Shown: positions 1 to 9,960, counted from the stretch's first letter. The stretch is DNA of 52,371 bases from Candidatus Woesearchaeota archaeon (GCA_018657845.1 JABHWJ010000012.1:1-52371); one strand, 5' to 3'. The notes: generated by a model not told the origin, from the letters alone. A program made the numbers and translations.

Positions 1-3000
1 ATCAACTTACAGAAGAAATTTTATGGAATTTATTTGTACAACAGCATTAACAATTCCATTACTCAAAATACCATGTTCAATAATTATCATGGAGTTTACT
101 CTATTAATTCAGACAACACCACTATTTTAAACAACAACATCTCCCTCAGTGATGTCTATGGAGTTTTCCTTCATAACGGCACTTCTGGATCTACGGTCAA
201 AAGCAATAGTCTTTACAGTAACCAATATGGAACTTACTTAAAACAGAACTCTAATTCCAACTCTATCAACAACAACACCATTTACAGAAACAGTCAATAT
301 GGAGTTTATTCTACTGGAACAACAGATAATTTAATCCAGAACAACACAATTTACAACAACACCCAAGGAAACATTTACTTAACGTCTTCCAACAACTTTG
401 ATCTACTCACTAACATCCTTTATCAAGGACCAATTGGGATCGAATTATACTCTTCAGACACTGCCGAAATTTATTACAACAACATTTCCATAAATGGGAC
501 TGCATTACAATTAGAAGATAGTGATGACGCAATTATTCAATATAATAATTTCTCAGAATTTGTTTATTTAAACAACAGTCAGAGCGCCACCATTAGATAC
601 CATGATAACATTAGTCATTTATATTTATACAACACCGCATCCTCTTTAATCCATGACAATACTTTTGACAACAGAATTACCAACTTCCCTTTCCAATTAG
701 ATGCTAGTACTAGCAACACTATCAGAGACAACACTATTCAAGGAGTGACCATTGGTCTCTGGCTTGTCTCTTCCTCTAACACCAACCAGATTTATGATAA
801 CTGGGTAAAATCAAACAATTTAGGGATTAATTTATCATCATCGAGCTCCAACATCATTTACAATAATTACTTTAGTAACACAGATAACACAGAAGACGAT
901 TCTTCTAACACTTGGCAAACCACCTATGGTTGCACATCAACCAATATCGTTGGTGGACCTTGTCGTGGGGGAAACTTTTATTCGGATTACTATGGCCTAG
1001 ACGACGGCTCTGGATCTGGAGATCATTCTATCCAAGGAGATGGTATTGGAGATAATCCTACTTTTTACCAAATCTCTACCTCAACTCAAGACACCCTTCC
1101 AATTGTACTTTATGTAGCTCGTCAGTACTTCGCCCCTAACTCCCCATACAATGCTCTCTTCAATGCTGAAGGGAACATTTCCGGAAACCTATCAGATGGG
1201 GAGGTTGTTTCCAATGATGTTCAACTTATTCAATACAATGACTCAACCGGAAACAAAGCTTACTTAGAAATCACTGGACTATTTAATCAGTCAGATGTCC
1301 ATGCTGAAACTCTAAAATTAAACATCACTACCAACAAGACTGCCGTCAACAAAACAGGAGTTACCGGGATAGAAGACGATTACTCATTATATTTGTATCA
1401 CGGAAAATCTTTCGACGCAGGAATTTACATTTGTGAAGAGCAATACAATCTTTCCTTAAATGAAACTTGTACTCCTAAAACAGAAATATCTTCGATTGGA
1501 ACCACTTCCAAAGGACTCACCTTTTCTCATTTTGGAGAATACTATCAACTGGATAACATCACTAACCAAAGCGTTACAATTGGGATAAACAGTACATCTC
1601 CTTGTGGATCAACTTTATTGCACGATGTAATCCTAACTGAAAATCTAGCTTGTAGTGGAAATGCATTCTTCGTCGGCGCAAACAACACCACTATTGATTT
1701 TAATGGTTACACCTTAACCGGAACTGGAACTGGAGTTGGAATAAACATCACTGATAAAACCGATGTAACAATCTTAAATGCCACTATCCTAAACTTCAGT
1801 ACCGCAATCTATGTAGATCCTTCATATGACATTAACATAACTAATAACAACATTACAAACAATACTGTAGGAATAACTTTCATCGACACTAACGACAGCT
1901 ACATAACTACAAACTACTTAACTAACAATACACTTGGATTTAATATCTCTTCATCATTCAATAATTATATTTACAACAACTATTTCAACAACACCAATAA
2001 TACTAATGAACAAGCTAGCAGCAATAACTGGAACACCACTTACAACTGTTCCCTTTCTGGATACACAAACATCTTCGGAGGAAATTGTACTGGAGGAAAC
2101 TTCTGGCATGACTTTGATGGTTGGGACACAAACCTAGAAGGTCTTGGCGACGCTTTTACCCCTTACAACAATTCAGGAAACACAACCGGAGGAGACTTCC
2201 ACCCCCTAACAGAAATAGGAAAAATTGCTTGCGGGGGAACAACCAAGAATGTAACTAAGAATGTTACCTTGAACAGAGACCTACGTTCTTCAGGAAAATG
2301 TTTTAATGTGGTCACTACAGGGATCACTTTTGATTGTGGGGGGAATTCCTTAACTCTTAATGGTTTTGGTTCGTCCCAAGGAATAACCTTAACTAATGTT
2401 CTGGGGGTAACGATAAAAAATTGTTTTATTAATAATTTCTCTTCGGGAATAGATTTGGATAATTCTAACAATTCTATCATCTCAAATAACTCTCTTTTTG
2501 AAAATCAACGAGGGATAATAATTTCCAGTTCTAAAAATAACACTTTGTCTGGCAATACTTTTTATAACAATATCTTAGATGGGGTTTTCTTAACTAGTGC
2601 GAATAATAACACTTTATGGAATAACACTATTAGGGGCAATATTAATGGTATTTTTTCACAAAGTTCTTCAGAGAATAATACTATTTACACAAATTCAATC
2701 ACTAACAATAGTGTGGGAATAAACTTTAGTACAGGAAATAACACAATATATAACAACTACTTTAGCAATACTGATAATGCCAATGATGGTGGGAAGGTAA
2801 ATTTCTGGAACACCACGTACAACTGTTCCATCCCCAGTTACACTAACATAGCTGGAGGATCCTGTCAGGGAGGAAACTATTGGTCAGATTATTCTGGATC
2901 AGATAATGGGTTAGGAAATCTTACTGGTATCCCTAATGTTTCTAGTGATAATATTGGAGACACCTTGCTACCTTACAATAACTCTAATAACATCTCTGCT

Positions 3001-3834
3001 GCAAACACTGGAGATTTCCTACCTTTAATCGCTGTAGCTTCATCATCTGGAAGTGGAAGTACACCTGCTTCTCCTAGCACCGATGGAACTACTGGTGGGA
3101 CTGGAGGCGGCGGAGGAGGAGGCGGAGGCGGTGGAGGAACCACTACCAAAGTAACTTGCACCCCTTCCTGGACTTGTACTGCTTGGTCAGAATGTTTTAA
3201 TGGCAAACAAACTAGAACTTGTGCTGATGAAAAAGATTGCGAATCAAAATTATCTTCAAGTGAAGCAGAAAAAATTTCAACAACAAAACCTAGCACTTCC
3301 AAAACCTGTGAAGTAGAAGTAGTTGTAATTTCAGAAAAAGTTCTCCCAGAACCTACCCCTCCAAAAGAAGAACCAACCACTCCTGTAAAAACCTTAGCAC
3401 TTGGTTCAGCAGCAATCTTAGTAATATTTTCTAGCATTTTCGTTTACTTTGAATTAGTCTACACACCGAGTAGATTAAAGAGACGCCTGAAGAAGATTAG
3501 CAAAGTCTTCTCCGAAGAATCAACTGAAGCTCTCAAGGACCACTATCATTACATTTACAACCTTTACTTGAGACTATCAGAAAACAAGAAACAAAATTAT
3601 TACAACAAGGTCATCAAATTAAGGGAGAACATCGAGGAACAACTTAAAACCGAAAAAGAAATAGAGAAAATGTTAGCTGAAACTCCAAAATTAAAGGATC
3701 TCAAAAAACAAAAAGTAAACTACCTCAAAATAAACGAACTTTACCGAAAGATTCCACCTAAAACACAACAGAAGTTCTACAAAAACATCATCCATTTAAG
3801 AGATCAATTAGAGAGACGTCCACCGAGTTATTAG
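1..3834 (+). CDS. Giant cell-surface protein, 5'-truncated by the window edge. It has three parallel beta-helix (NosD/PbH1-like) blocks, a Gly12 linker, a Cys/Trp-rich stalk module, one C-terminal TM helix and a K/E-rich coiled-coil tail.
   Basis: Frame 1 is open from base 1 (INLQKKFYGIYLYN continues the repeat), so the TTG at 34 is not the real start. Recurrent N-x-(I/L)-x-x-N rungs. Thrice-repeated module IYNNYF(S/N)NT.N...W(N/Q)TTY(N/G)C...GG.C.GGN(F/Y)(W/Y). GGGGGGGGGGGG at 3103-3138. CTPSWTCTAWSEC motif. Hydrophobic LALGSAAILVIFSSIFVYFELVY followed by a charged tail. Confidence 0.8.
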   Translation: MNLQKKFYGIYLYNSINNSITQNTMFNNYHGVYSINSDNTTILNNNISLSDVYGVFLHNGTSGSTVKSNSLYSNQYGTYLKQNSNSNSINNNTIYRNSQYGVYSTGTTDNLIQNNTIYNNTQGNIYLTSSNNFDLLTNILYQGPIGIELYSSDTAEIYYNNISINGTALQLEDSDDAIIQYNNFSEFVYLNNSQSATIRYHDNISHLYLYNTASSLIHDNTFDNRITNFPFQLDASTSNTIRDNTIQGVTIGLWLVSSSNTNQIYDNWVKSNNLGINLSSSSSNIIYNNYFSNTDNTEDDSSNTWQTTYGCTSTNIVGGPCRGGNFYSDYYGLDDGSGSGDHSIQGDGIGDNPTFYQISTSTQDTLPIVLYVARQYFAPNSPYNALFNAEGNISGNLSDGEVVSNDVQLIQYNDSTGNKAYLEITGLFNQSDVHAETLKLNITTNKTAVNKTGVTGIEDDYSLYLYHGKSFDAGIYICEEQYNLSLNETCTPKTEISSIGTTSKGLTFSHFGEYYQLDNITNQSVTIGINSTSPCGSTLLHDVILTENLACSGNAFFVGANNTTIDFNGYTLTGTGTGVGINITDKTDVTILNATILNFSTAIYVDPSYDINITNNNITNNTVGITFIDTNDSYITTNYLTNNTLGFNISSSFNNYIYNNYFNNTNNTNEQASSNNWNTTYNCSLSGYTNIFGGNCTGGNFWHDFDGWDTNLEGLGDAFTPYNNSGNTTGGDFHPLTEIGKIACGGTTKNVTKNVTLNRDLRSSGKCFNVVTTGITFDCGGNSLTLNGFGSSQGITLTNVLGVTIKNCFINNFSSGIDLDNSNNSIISNNSLFENQRGIIISSSKNNTLSGNTFYNNILDGVFLTSANNNTLWNNTIRGNINGIFSQSSSENNTIYTNSITNNSVGINFSTGNNTIYNNYFSNTDNANDGGKVNFWNTTYNCSIPSYTNIAGGSCQGGNYWSDYSGSDNGLGNLTGIPNVSSDNIGDTLLPYNNSNNISAANTGDFLPLIAVASSSGSGSTPASPSTDGTTGGTGGGGGGGGGGGGTTTKVTCTPSWTCTAWSECFNGKQTRTCADEKDCESKLSSSEAEKISTTKPSTSKTCEVEVVVISEKVLPEPTPPKEEPTTPVKTLALGSAAILVIFSSIFVYFELVYTPSRLKRRLKKISKVFSEESTEALKDHYHYIYNLYLRLSENKKQNYYNKVIKLRENIEEQLKTEKEIEKMLAETPKLKDLKKQKVNYLKINELYRKIPPKTQQKFYKNIIHLRDQLERRPPSY

Positions 3835-3899
3835 TCTTTTCTTAAGAAAGATATATAAATTTCCTATATTTTGATAGTGTAAATTAGGGGGAATAAAAA

Positions 3900-4352
3900 A
3901 TGAAAATTGAAGAAATACAACCAAATCAAGGAAATATAGATGTAGTTTTTGATGTAGTAGAAAAAGGAGACGAAAGAACCTTTGAAAAATTCGGCAAACA
4001 AGGAAGAGTTTGTAATTGTAATGTGAAAGATGAAACTGGCACTATCAAATTAACTTTATGGAATGAAGATGTGGACAAAGTTAAGGAAGGAGATAAAATT
4101 CATCTAAAGAATGGATGGTGCTCAGAATTTAAAGGAGAACGACAACTTTCTGCAGGTAAATTTGGTGAGCTTGAAGTACTTGAAAACTCTTCCGCACAAG
4201 AAACACAGGAAGAACCTAAGGCTCCTGAACCAGAACAAGTTCCAGAAGAAAAACCAACTGAAGAAACAAAAGAAGATACTCCAGAAGAATCAACAGATAC
4301 TGAAGGATCAGAATCTTCAGAATCTCTTGTCGAAGAAGAAGTTGTAGGATAG
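3900..4352 (+). CDS. ssb: Single-OB-fold single-stranded DNA-binding protein (crenarchaeal-type SSB) with an acidic flexible C-terminal tail
   Basis: KDETGTIKLTLWNEDVDKVKEGDKIHLKNGWCSEFKGERQLSAG closely parallels the Sulfolobus SSB OB core. E/P/T-rich tail. AGGGGGA SD-like element 9 nt upstream of the ATG. Confidence 0.8.
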   Translation: MKIEEIQPNQGNIDVVFDVVEKGDERTFEKFGKQGRVCNCNVKDETGTIKLTLWNEDVDKVKEGDKIHLKNGWCSEFKGERQLSAGKFGELEVLENSSAQETQEEPKAPEPEQVPEEKPTEETKEDTPEESTDTEGSESSESLVEEEVVG

Positions 4353-4367
4353 AAATTCTATCCAAAC

Positions 4368-4376
4368 TTTTATAAA
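4368..4376 (+). promoter_or_regulatory. TATA box (TTTTATAAA) for the leaderless pop5-psmA-SBDS transcript
   Basis: AAACTTTTATAAA lies 23-31 nt upstream of the ATG at 4399. The same motif recurs upstream of most genes in the window. Confidence 0.5.
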
Positions 4377-4398
4377 TTCCATCAACAACTTAAAAATC

Positions 4399-4737
4399 AT
4401 GCGCTTGTTACCATCACTTAGACAAAAAAAAAGATATCTTGTTTTTGAAGTAGATTCTTCTCAAGAATTTTCTCTCAAAGAAATTAAAGATGCAGTTCAA
4501 CAAGCCCTCGATCTTTTCTTGGGGCAGTTAGGAAGAGCAAAATCATCTCCGTTATTCCTTTCTGAAAAATTCAATCTCCAAAAACAGAGATTTTTAATGA
4601 AAGTTAACCATAAATATGTGGATGAAATTAAATCTGCCCTTATCTTAATCAAAACAATTAAAAATAAACCTGTACTTTTAAAATCAATAATCACTGCAGG
4701 TACAATTAAAAAAGCGAATGAGGTGCTTAAAAAATGA
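4399..4737 (+). CDS. rnp2: RNase P protein component 2 (Pop5/Rpp14 family)
   Basis: LRQKKRYLVFEV N-terminus and size match archaeal Pop5. Sits immediately upstream of psmA, as in the archaeal exosome superoperon. ATGA overlap with the next gene. Confidence 0.75.
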   Translation: MRLLPSLRQKKRYLVFEVDSSQEFSLKEIKDAVQQALDLFLGQLGRAKSSPLFLSEKFNLQKQRFLMKVNHKYVDEIKSALILIKTIKNKPVLLKSIITAGTIKKANEVLKK

Positions 4738-5465
4738 AAATGCAACAACAACAACCAGTTGATAAAATGGGTTACGACAGATCAATAACTATGTTCTCCC
4801 CAGATGGAAGATTATTACAAGTAGAATACGCTAAAAAAACAGTTAAACAAGGATCGACTGCGATTGGAATGGTCTGTAAGGACGGAGTAATTCTTGTAGC
4901 AGACAAACGAATTACCGATAAATTAATGGTCCCTGAAGCAGTAGAGAAAATGTTTAAAATTGATGATCATGTTGGTGCTACTGCCGCAGGAATTATTCCT
5001 GATGCCAGAGTTCTAATTGATCGAGTTCAGTTGAAAGCACAACAACATTCAATAACTTATGACTCTAAGATTGACATAATCTCCATCGTCAAGGACATTT
5101 GTGATCTTAAACAAATATGTACTCAATCCGCAGGATTAAGACCATTTGGTGTTTCCTTGTTAATCGCAGGGGTTGAAGAAGATGGCACGCCAAAACTTTT
5201 CTTAACAGAACCATATGGCCTCTATTTCCAATACCAAGCAGTAGTCATTGGTGAAGGAGAAGGAGAAGTTCACCCCATCCTTCAAAAGAAATACAAACCA
5301 AATCTAACTATGGAAACTGGGCTTCAACTTGCAGTTGATGCTCTAAGAGAAGCTTTAGAAAAGGAATTCAACCTAGAACGGATTGACGCAGCATTTATTC
5401 CTCTTAATAGTAAGAAGTACAAAAAATTAAGTAGGGAAGAAATTAAGAATATTCTTAAACAATGA
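4734..5465 (+). CDS. psmA: Proteasome subunit alpha
   Basis: YDRSITMFSPDGRLLQVEYA signature; typical length of 243 aa. Confidence 0.95.
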   Translation: MKMQQQQPVDKMGYDRSITMFSPDGRLLQVEYAKKTVKQGSTAIGMVCKDGVILVADKRITDKLMVPEAVEKMFKIDDHVGATAAGIIPDARVLIDRVQLKAQQHSITYDSKIDIISIVKDICDLKQICTQSAGLRPFGVSLLIAGVEEDGTPKLFLTEPYGLYFQYQAVVIGEGEGEVHPILQKKYKPNLTMETGLQLAVDALREALEKEFNLERIDAAFIPLNSKKYKKLSREEIKNILKQ

Positions 5466-6148
5466 GTGAAGATAAATTAAATCTGGCTCGCTTAAAAAAA
5501 GCGGGCCATACTTTTGAACTTTCTATTGATCCAGAACTTGCTCTCCAGTTTAGAAAAAATCCTAATGAAGATTTAAGGGATATAATCAAGGCAGAAGGAG
5601 TTTACACCGATGCCAAAAAAGGAACTCTTGCCTCAGAATCTCTGCTCATGGACATATTTCAAACAGCAGATTTTAACAAAGTAGCAAAGATTATTCTCTT
5701 AGAAGGAGAAATTCAATTAACTTCTGAACAACGAGCTAAAAAAAGAGAGCAAAAGAAACTCCAAATAATCAACTTTATCCATAAAAATGCCATTGATCCC
5801 CAAACTGGGTATCCTCATCCGCCTCAGAGAATAGAAGCAGCAATGGAACAAGCAAAAATCCATGTCGAGGAACACAAATCAATAGATGAACAGGTAGAAC
5901 AAATAATTTCTAAACTTAGGCCCATAATTCCACTTAAAATTGAACAAAAAAAACTGGAGATCACTATTCCTCCAGCCTATGCTGCTAAAAGTTATTCTCT
6001 AGTAAAAAAATATGGCAAGTTTTTACAGGAAAATTGGAATTCTGATGGGAGTTGGTCTGTAAAATTAGAAATTCCTGCTGGACTTCAACATGAACTTATT
6101 GACAAACTAAACTCTTTCACTCACGGGGAAGTTATTATTAATCTTTAG
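5462..6148 (+). CDS. sbds: SBDS-family ribosome maturation protein
   Basis: ARLKKAGHTFELSIDP...DAKKGTLAS...GEIQLTSEQR pattern typical of archaeal SBDS. ATGA overlap with psmA. Confidence 0.85.
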   Translation: MSEDKLNLARLKKAGHTFELSIDPELALQFRKNPNEDLRDIIKAEGVYTDAKKGTLASESLLMDIFQTADFNKVAKIILLEGEIQLTSEQRAKKREQKKLQIINFIHKNAIDPQTGYPHPPQRIEAAMEQAKIHVEEHKSIDEQVEQIISKLRPIIPLKIEQKKLEITIPPAYAAKSYSLVKKYGKFLQENWNSDGSWSVKLEIPAGLQHELIDKLNSFTHGEVIINL

Positions 6149-6297
6149 TGAACATTTTTCTTCTATTCTAGAATTTATAAAACAACCAACAGCTTTATAA
6201 AAAAGGACTATATTTTGAGAGAAAGTGAGAGAAAAATATGAAGAGAGGATATCCGTGTGAATTCTCACAATTATCGAAAAACGGATAAGAATATAAA

Positions 6298-6990
6298 ATG
6301 AGCGAATTAATTGCAAAAGAAAGAAGTATAGTTATTCCTGGAGAAGCTTTGGCTGAAGGTATGGATTACCTACCTGGACAAAACACTTATCGGGAAGAAG
6401 AAAAAATTTATTCCAACGTCGTTGGCCTTTTATCTTTATCTGGCCGAGCAATAAAAATAACTCCTTTATCTGGACCCTATGTTCCAAAAGATGGAGATAA
6501 GATTATTGGTAGAATCACAGATATAACCATGACTAGTTGGAGAGTGAACACTGGCACTGCTTATTCAGCAATGCTTAATGTTAGGGATGCAACTACCCGT
6601 TTTGTCAAAAACGGAGAAGACCTTAGTAAAATATTTTCCATTGGAGAATTTATCGTGACTAAAATAACTAAAGTGACTTCACAAAAACTAATTGATTTGA
6701 CTATGAAAAGCCCAGATCTTTACAAAGTCAGTGGCGGAAGAGTAATCAAAATAAATTCTCAAAAAGTACCTAGAGTTATTGGTAAACAAGGGAGCATGGT
6801 TTCTTTAATCAAGAATAAAACTGGATGCAACATCACTGTTGGTCAAAATGGTTTTATCTGGCTTAAGGGAGAACCAAAAGGAGAACTCATTGCTGAAAGA
6901 GCAATCAAATTAATTGAACAGAAATCACACCAAGAAGGTTTAACAAGTAAAATTGAAACCTTCCTTGAAGAAGAATCAAAAAATAACTAA
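6298..6990 (+). CDS. rrp4: Exosome complex RNA-binding subunit Rrp4 (S1 + KH domains)
   Basis: GDKIIGRITDITMTSWRVN (S1) and RVIGKQGSMVSLIKNKTGCNITVGQNGFIWL (KH); followed by rrp41/rrp42. Confidence 0.9.
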   Translation: MSELIAKERSIVIPGEALAEGMDYLPGQNTYREEEKIYSNVVGLLSLSGRAIKITPLSGPYVPKDGDKIIGRITDITMTSWRVNTGTAYSAMLNVRDATTRFVKNGEDLSKIFSIGEFIVTKITKVTSQKLIDLTMKSPDLYKVSGGRVIKINSQKVPRVIGKQGSMVSLIKNKTGCNITVGQNGFIWLKGEPKGELIAERAIKLIEQKSHQEGLTSKIETFLEEESKNN

Positions 6991-6995
6991 TTAAA

Positions 6996-7697
6996 ATGAC
7001 ATATACAAAAAGAATAGACGGAAGAAAACTAGATGAATTACGGCCAATGGAAGCTAAGGCCGGAGTAATTCCTAATGCTGATGGTTCAGCTTACTTTAAA
7101 ATAGGTAAAACTACTGCTTATGTTGCAGTTTATGGTCCCCGGGAATTATTCCCTAGATTCAAACAAGACCCTACAAAAGGATTACTTAGATGCCATTATG
7201 GTATGATGCCTTTTTCTGGTTCCGGAGAAAGAATTCGTCCAGGAACAAGCAGAAGAGCTCAAGAAATCTCAATGGTTATGGAAAAATCCCTTAATCCAGT
7301 CTTAGATTTAAGCGCTTTTCCTAATGCAGTAGTTGATGTGTTTATTGCCCTACCTCAAACAGATGCAGGGACAAGATGCGCAGCAATTTCTGCCGCCGCT
7401 ATCGCTTTAGCAGATGCAGGAATTCCTATGACTGATATGGTAAGTTCAGTTGCAGTGGGACAAGTCGATGGAACAGTTCTTGCAGACTTAGATTACAGCG
7501 AAGAAGCTTATGATGCTATAGTCTCAGATGTTCCGGTTGCTATAACTCATAACAAAAAAGAAGTAACACTTCTTCAAATGGATGGAGAGATTTCTAAAGA
7601 AGATCTCATCAAAGCCTTAGAATTAGCTAAAGGCGCCACAGAAAAAGTTTATGAATTACAACGAAAAGCTCTAACAGAGAAATTTGCTGATAAATAA
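6996..7697 (+). CDS. rrp41: Exosome complex exonuclease Rrp41 (RNase PH fold)
   Basis: RIDGRKLDELRPMEAKAGVIPNADGSAYFKIGKTTAYVAVYGPRE. Confidence 0.92.
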   Translation: MTYTKRIDGRKLDELRPMEAKAGVIPNADGSAYFKIGKTTAYVAVYGPRELFPRFKQDPTKGLLRCHYGMMPFSGSGERIRPGTSRRAQEISMVMEKSLNPVLDLSAFPNAVVDVFIALPQTDAGTRCAAISAAAIALADAGIPMTDMVSSVAVGQVDGTVLADLDYSEEAYDAIVSDVPVAITHNKKEVTLLQMDGEISKEDLIKALELAKGATEKVYELQRKALTEKFADK

Positions 7698-7710
7698 ACG
7701 GAGAATCAAA

Positions 7711-8505
7711 ATGATTATTAATAAAGAAACAATCGTGGAATTGGCCGGTAAAGATCAACGTATCGATGGCCGTAAATTAACTGAGTATCGTCAACCTATT
7801 AAAATAGAAACCAATATCTCTTGGACTGCAGAAGGATCTGCTAGAGTTCAAATCGGTGAAACAGTAGTTATGGCTGGAGTAAAGTTAAGTCTCGAAAAGC
7901 CATACAATGATACTCCAGATCAAGGAGGAATCATGATCAATGCTGAACTTTTACCATTATCTAGTCCAGAGTATGAACCTGGGCCACCACAAATAAAAGC
8001 AATAGAACTTGCTAGGGTTACTGATAGGGGAATTAGAGAAGCCAAAGCTATTGATATGAAAAAGTTATGTGTTTTACCTGGAGAAAAAGCTTGGTTTGTT
8101 ATCATTGATATTGTTACTATCAATGACGCAGGAAACCTTTTCGATGCTGCCAATCTAGCTGCACTTACTGCTTTAAAAGCAGCTCGTTTTCCAGTTGTGG
8201 ATCCTAAAACTGGAGCGATTGACTACAAAAAGAAAACTGAAGAACCTCTTCCTCTCTTAAAAGAACCTTTAGGAGTAACTGTTTATAAAATCAATGGAAA
8301 GCTTCTTGTTGATCCAAATATTGAAGAAGAACATTCTTACGATGCGCGTCTAACTGTTGCTGCCGACGAAAAAGGAACTATTTCTGCAATGCAAAAAGGA
8401 GGAACTCAACCTTTGACTGTTGAAGAAATATCTCAGATGGTTGAATTAGCCTTAGAAAAAGCAGACTTTTTAAGAAAACAATTAGATGAATCTCTTAAAA
8501 AATGA
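7711..8505 (+). CDS. rrp42: Exosome complex subunit Rrp42 (RNase PH-like)
   Basis: RIDGRKLTEYRQPIKIE...EGSARVQIGETVVMAGVK. I prefer the ATG at 7711 (GGAG 8-12 nt upstream) over the track's TTG at 7684, which overlaps rrp41. Confidence 0.9.
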   Translation: MIINKETIVELAGKDQRIDGRKLTEYRQPIKIETNISWTAEGSARVQIGETVVMAGVKLSLEKPYNDTPDQGGIMINAELLPLSSPEYEPGPPQIKAIELARVTDRGIREAKAIDMKKLCVLPGEKAWFVIIDIVTINDAGNLFDAANLAALTALKAARFPVVDPKTGAIDYKKKTEEPLPLLKEPLGVTVYKINGKLLVDPNIEEEHSYDARLTVAADEKGTISAMQKGGTQPLTVEEISQMVELALEKADFLRKQLDESLKK

Positions 8506-8729
8506 ACACCGCAAAACATACCAAATATGAAAAGGCCCGAATGGTTGGGTCTCGTGCTTTGCAACTGTCTATGGGGGCTCCAATCCTCCTTAAGATGAGC
8601 AAGAAAGAAATGGAATCTCTTAAGTACAATCCAATCAAAATTGCCCTTAAGGAATATGAATCTGGAGTATTACCAATTACTGTAAAACGGCCACTTCCTA
8701 GGACAAAGAAGACTAAGAAAAAAGAATAA
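8502..8729 (+). CDS. rpoK: DNA-directed RNA polymerase subunit K (Rpb6 homologue)
   Basis: KYEKARMVGSRALQLSMGAPILL signature; ATGA overlap with rrp42. Confidence 0.9.
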   Translation: MNTAKHTKYEKARMVGSRALQLSMGAPILLKMSKKEMESLKYNPIKIALKEYESGVLPITVKRPLPRTKKTKKKE

Positions 8730-8746
8730 TTTTTTTTCTTTCTAAA

Positions 8747-9031
8747 ATGCAAAACACCGTAACTAAAGAAAAGCTAGAAAAATATTTCTCTATTACTCAA
8801 GAAGCTCTTGAAAAAGCCAAAGTTGCCCTTGACCAAGAAAGAATAAAAGAAGCCGAAGATTTCTATGATATGGCTTCTCGTTACTTCTCGGATGCCAAAC
8901 ATTTCTTTGAACAAGAAGACTGGGTCACAGCCTTTGCTGCCATTAATTATGCCCATGGATGGTTAGATGCCGGTGCAAGAATAGGTTTGTTCAAAGTTAA
9001 TGATTCTCGTCTATTTACTGTAGATGATTAA
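8747..9031 (+). CDS. DUF357-family archaeal protein
   Basis: ASRYFSDAKHFFEQEDWVTAFAAINYAHGWLDAGARIG resembles the conserved DUF357 core. This is from memory of the family, not a search. Confidence 0.55.
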   Translation: MQNTVTKEKLEKYFSITQEALEKAKVALDQERIKEAEDFYDMASRYFSDAKHFFEQEDWVTAFAAINYAHGWLDAGARIGLFKVNDSRLFTVDD

Positions 9032-9189
9032 GCATACCTTTATATTACTACTCTAAAGTACTAAAAGTAACGAAACATTTATAAATAGCTTCCAATTGTA
9101 ACAACCAAACACATGTTCAAAAGAGGTTCTTGGGTTGTTAAAGGTAAAACCAACTAAATATAACTATTACACACGAGGTTAAAAACAAA

Positions 9190-9960
9190 ATGATTGTACA
9201 AAAAGATTTCCTAAACAAACTTAAGGACTTTGGTCTAAACTCTTACGAAAGTAAATTATGGATTGCCCTCTTATCTCGAGGAGTTTCCACAGCTGGAGAA
9301 CTCTCTGATATTTCTAATGTTCCTAGGTCTAGGGCATATGATGTCTTAGAATCTCTTGAGAAAAAAGGATTTATTGTAGTAAAAATTGGCAAACCAATAA
9401 AATACCTTGCTGTACCTCCTCCAGAAGTAGTTGAACGTGTTAAAAAGAAAGTTACTGAAGAAGCAGACCAACAAACAGGAATCCTTAATAAATTGAAGAA
9501 ATCTGAACTTTTAGAAGAACTTAATACCTTACATACCCAAGGAGTACAAATGATTGATCCCACTGATAAAAGTGGAGCTTTCCGAGGAAGAAATAAGATC
9601 TATGAACACCTTGGAACTATGATCAAAAATGCTCAAAAAACTATTGTTATTTCTACTACTAAAGCTGGTTTAGAAAGAAAACATGATTCTCTTCACGCCG
9701 CTTTGAAAAAAGCTTCTCAGAGAGGAGTTCAAATTAAAATCTCTGCCCCAGGTAATATCAACAAAGAAGTTTTGGATAAGTTTTCCAAAATTGCTACACT
9801 TACTGGTAATGCTAAAAACCCAGCAAGATTTTGCCTTGTAGATAATAATCAGATGCTAGTCTTCTTAACTGATGATAAAAACATTCATAAAAGCTATGAT
9901 TCAGCTATCTGGGTAGAAGCACCACACTTTGTTGCCCACATCAATGAGTTATTTAGATAA
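9190..9960 (+). CDS. TrmB-family transcriptional regulator
   Basis: N-terminal wHTH LNSYESKLWIALLSRGVSTAGELSDISNVPRSRAYDVLESLEKKGFI; TrmB-like length with a C-terminal domain. Confidence 0.8.
   Translation: MIVQKDFLNKLKDFGLNSYESKLWIALLSRGVSTAGELSDISNVPRSRAYDVLESLEKKGFIVVKIGKPIKYLAVPPPEVVERVKKKVTEEADQQTGILNKLKKSELLEELNTLHTQGVQMIDPTDKSGAFRGRNKIYEHLGTMIKNAQKTIVISTTKAGLERKHDSLHAALKKASQRGVQIKISAPGNINKEVLDKFSKIATLTGNAKNPARFCLVDNNQMLVFLTDDKNIHKSYDSAIWVEAPHFVAHINELFR

Noticed and set aside
3103-3138. 36-nt G-rich run considered as a G-quadruplex or regulatory element
   Set aside because: It is an in-frame run of 12 GGN codons encoding a Gly hinge. A coding explanation is sufficient.
2973-3437. 154-aa minus-strand ORF with a poly-Pro run
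   Set aside because: It is antisense to the Gly12 (GGN) run and lies inside the giant surface-protein gene. It is an artefact of low-complexity sequence.
8495-8752. 85-aa minus-strand ORF antisense to rpoK, and similar antisense ORFs within fpg (13863-14424), dnaK, metK, aIF2gamma and other genes
   Set aside because: All are embedded antisense in genes with strong family signatures and have no promoter, SD or motif support.
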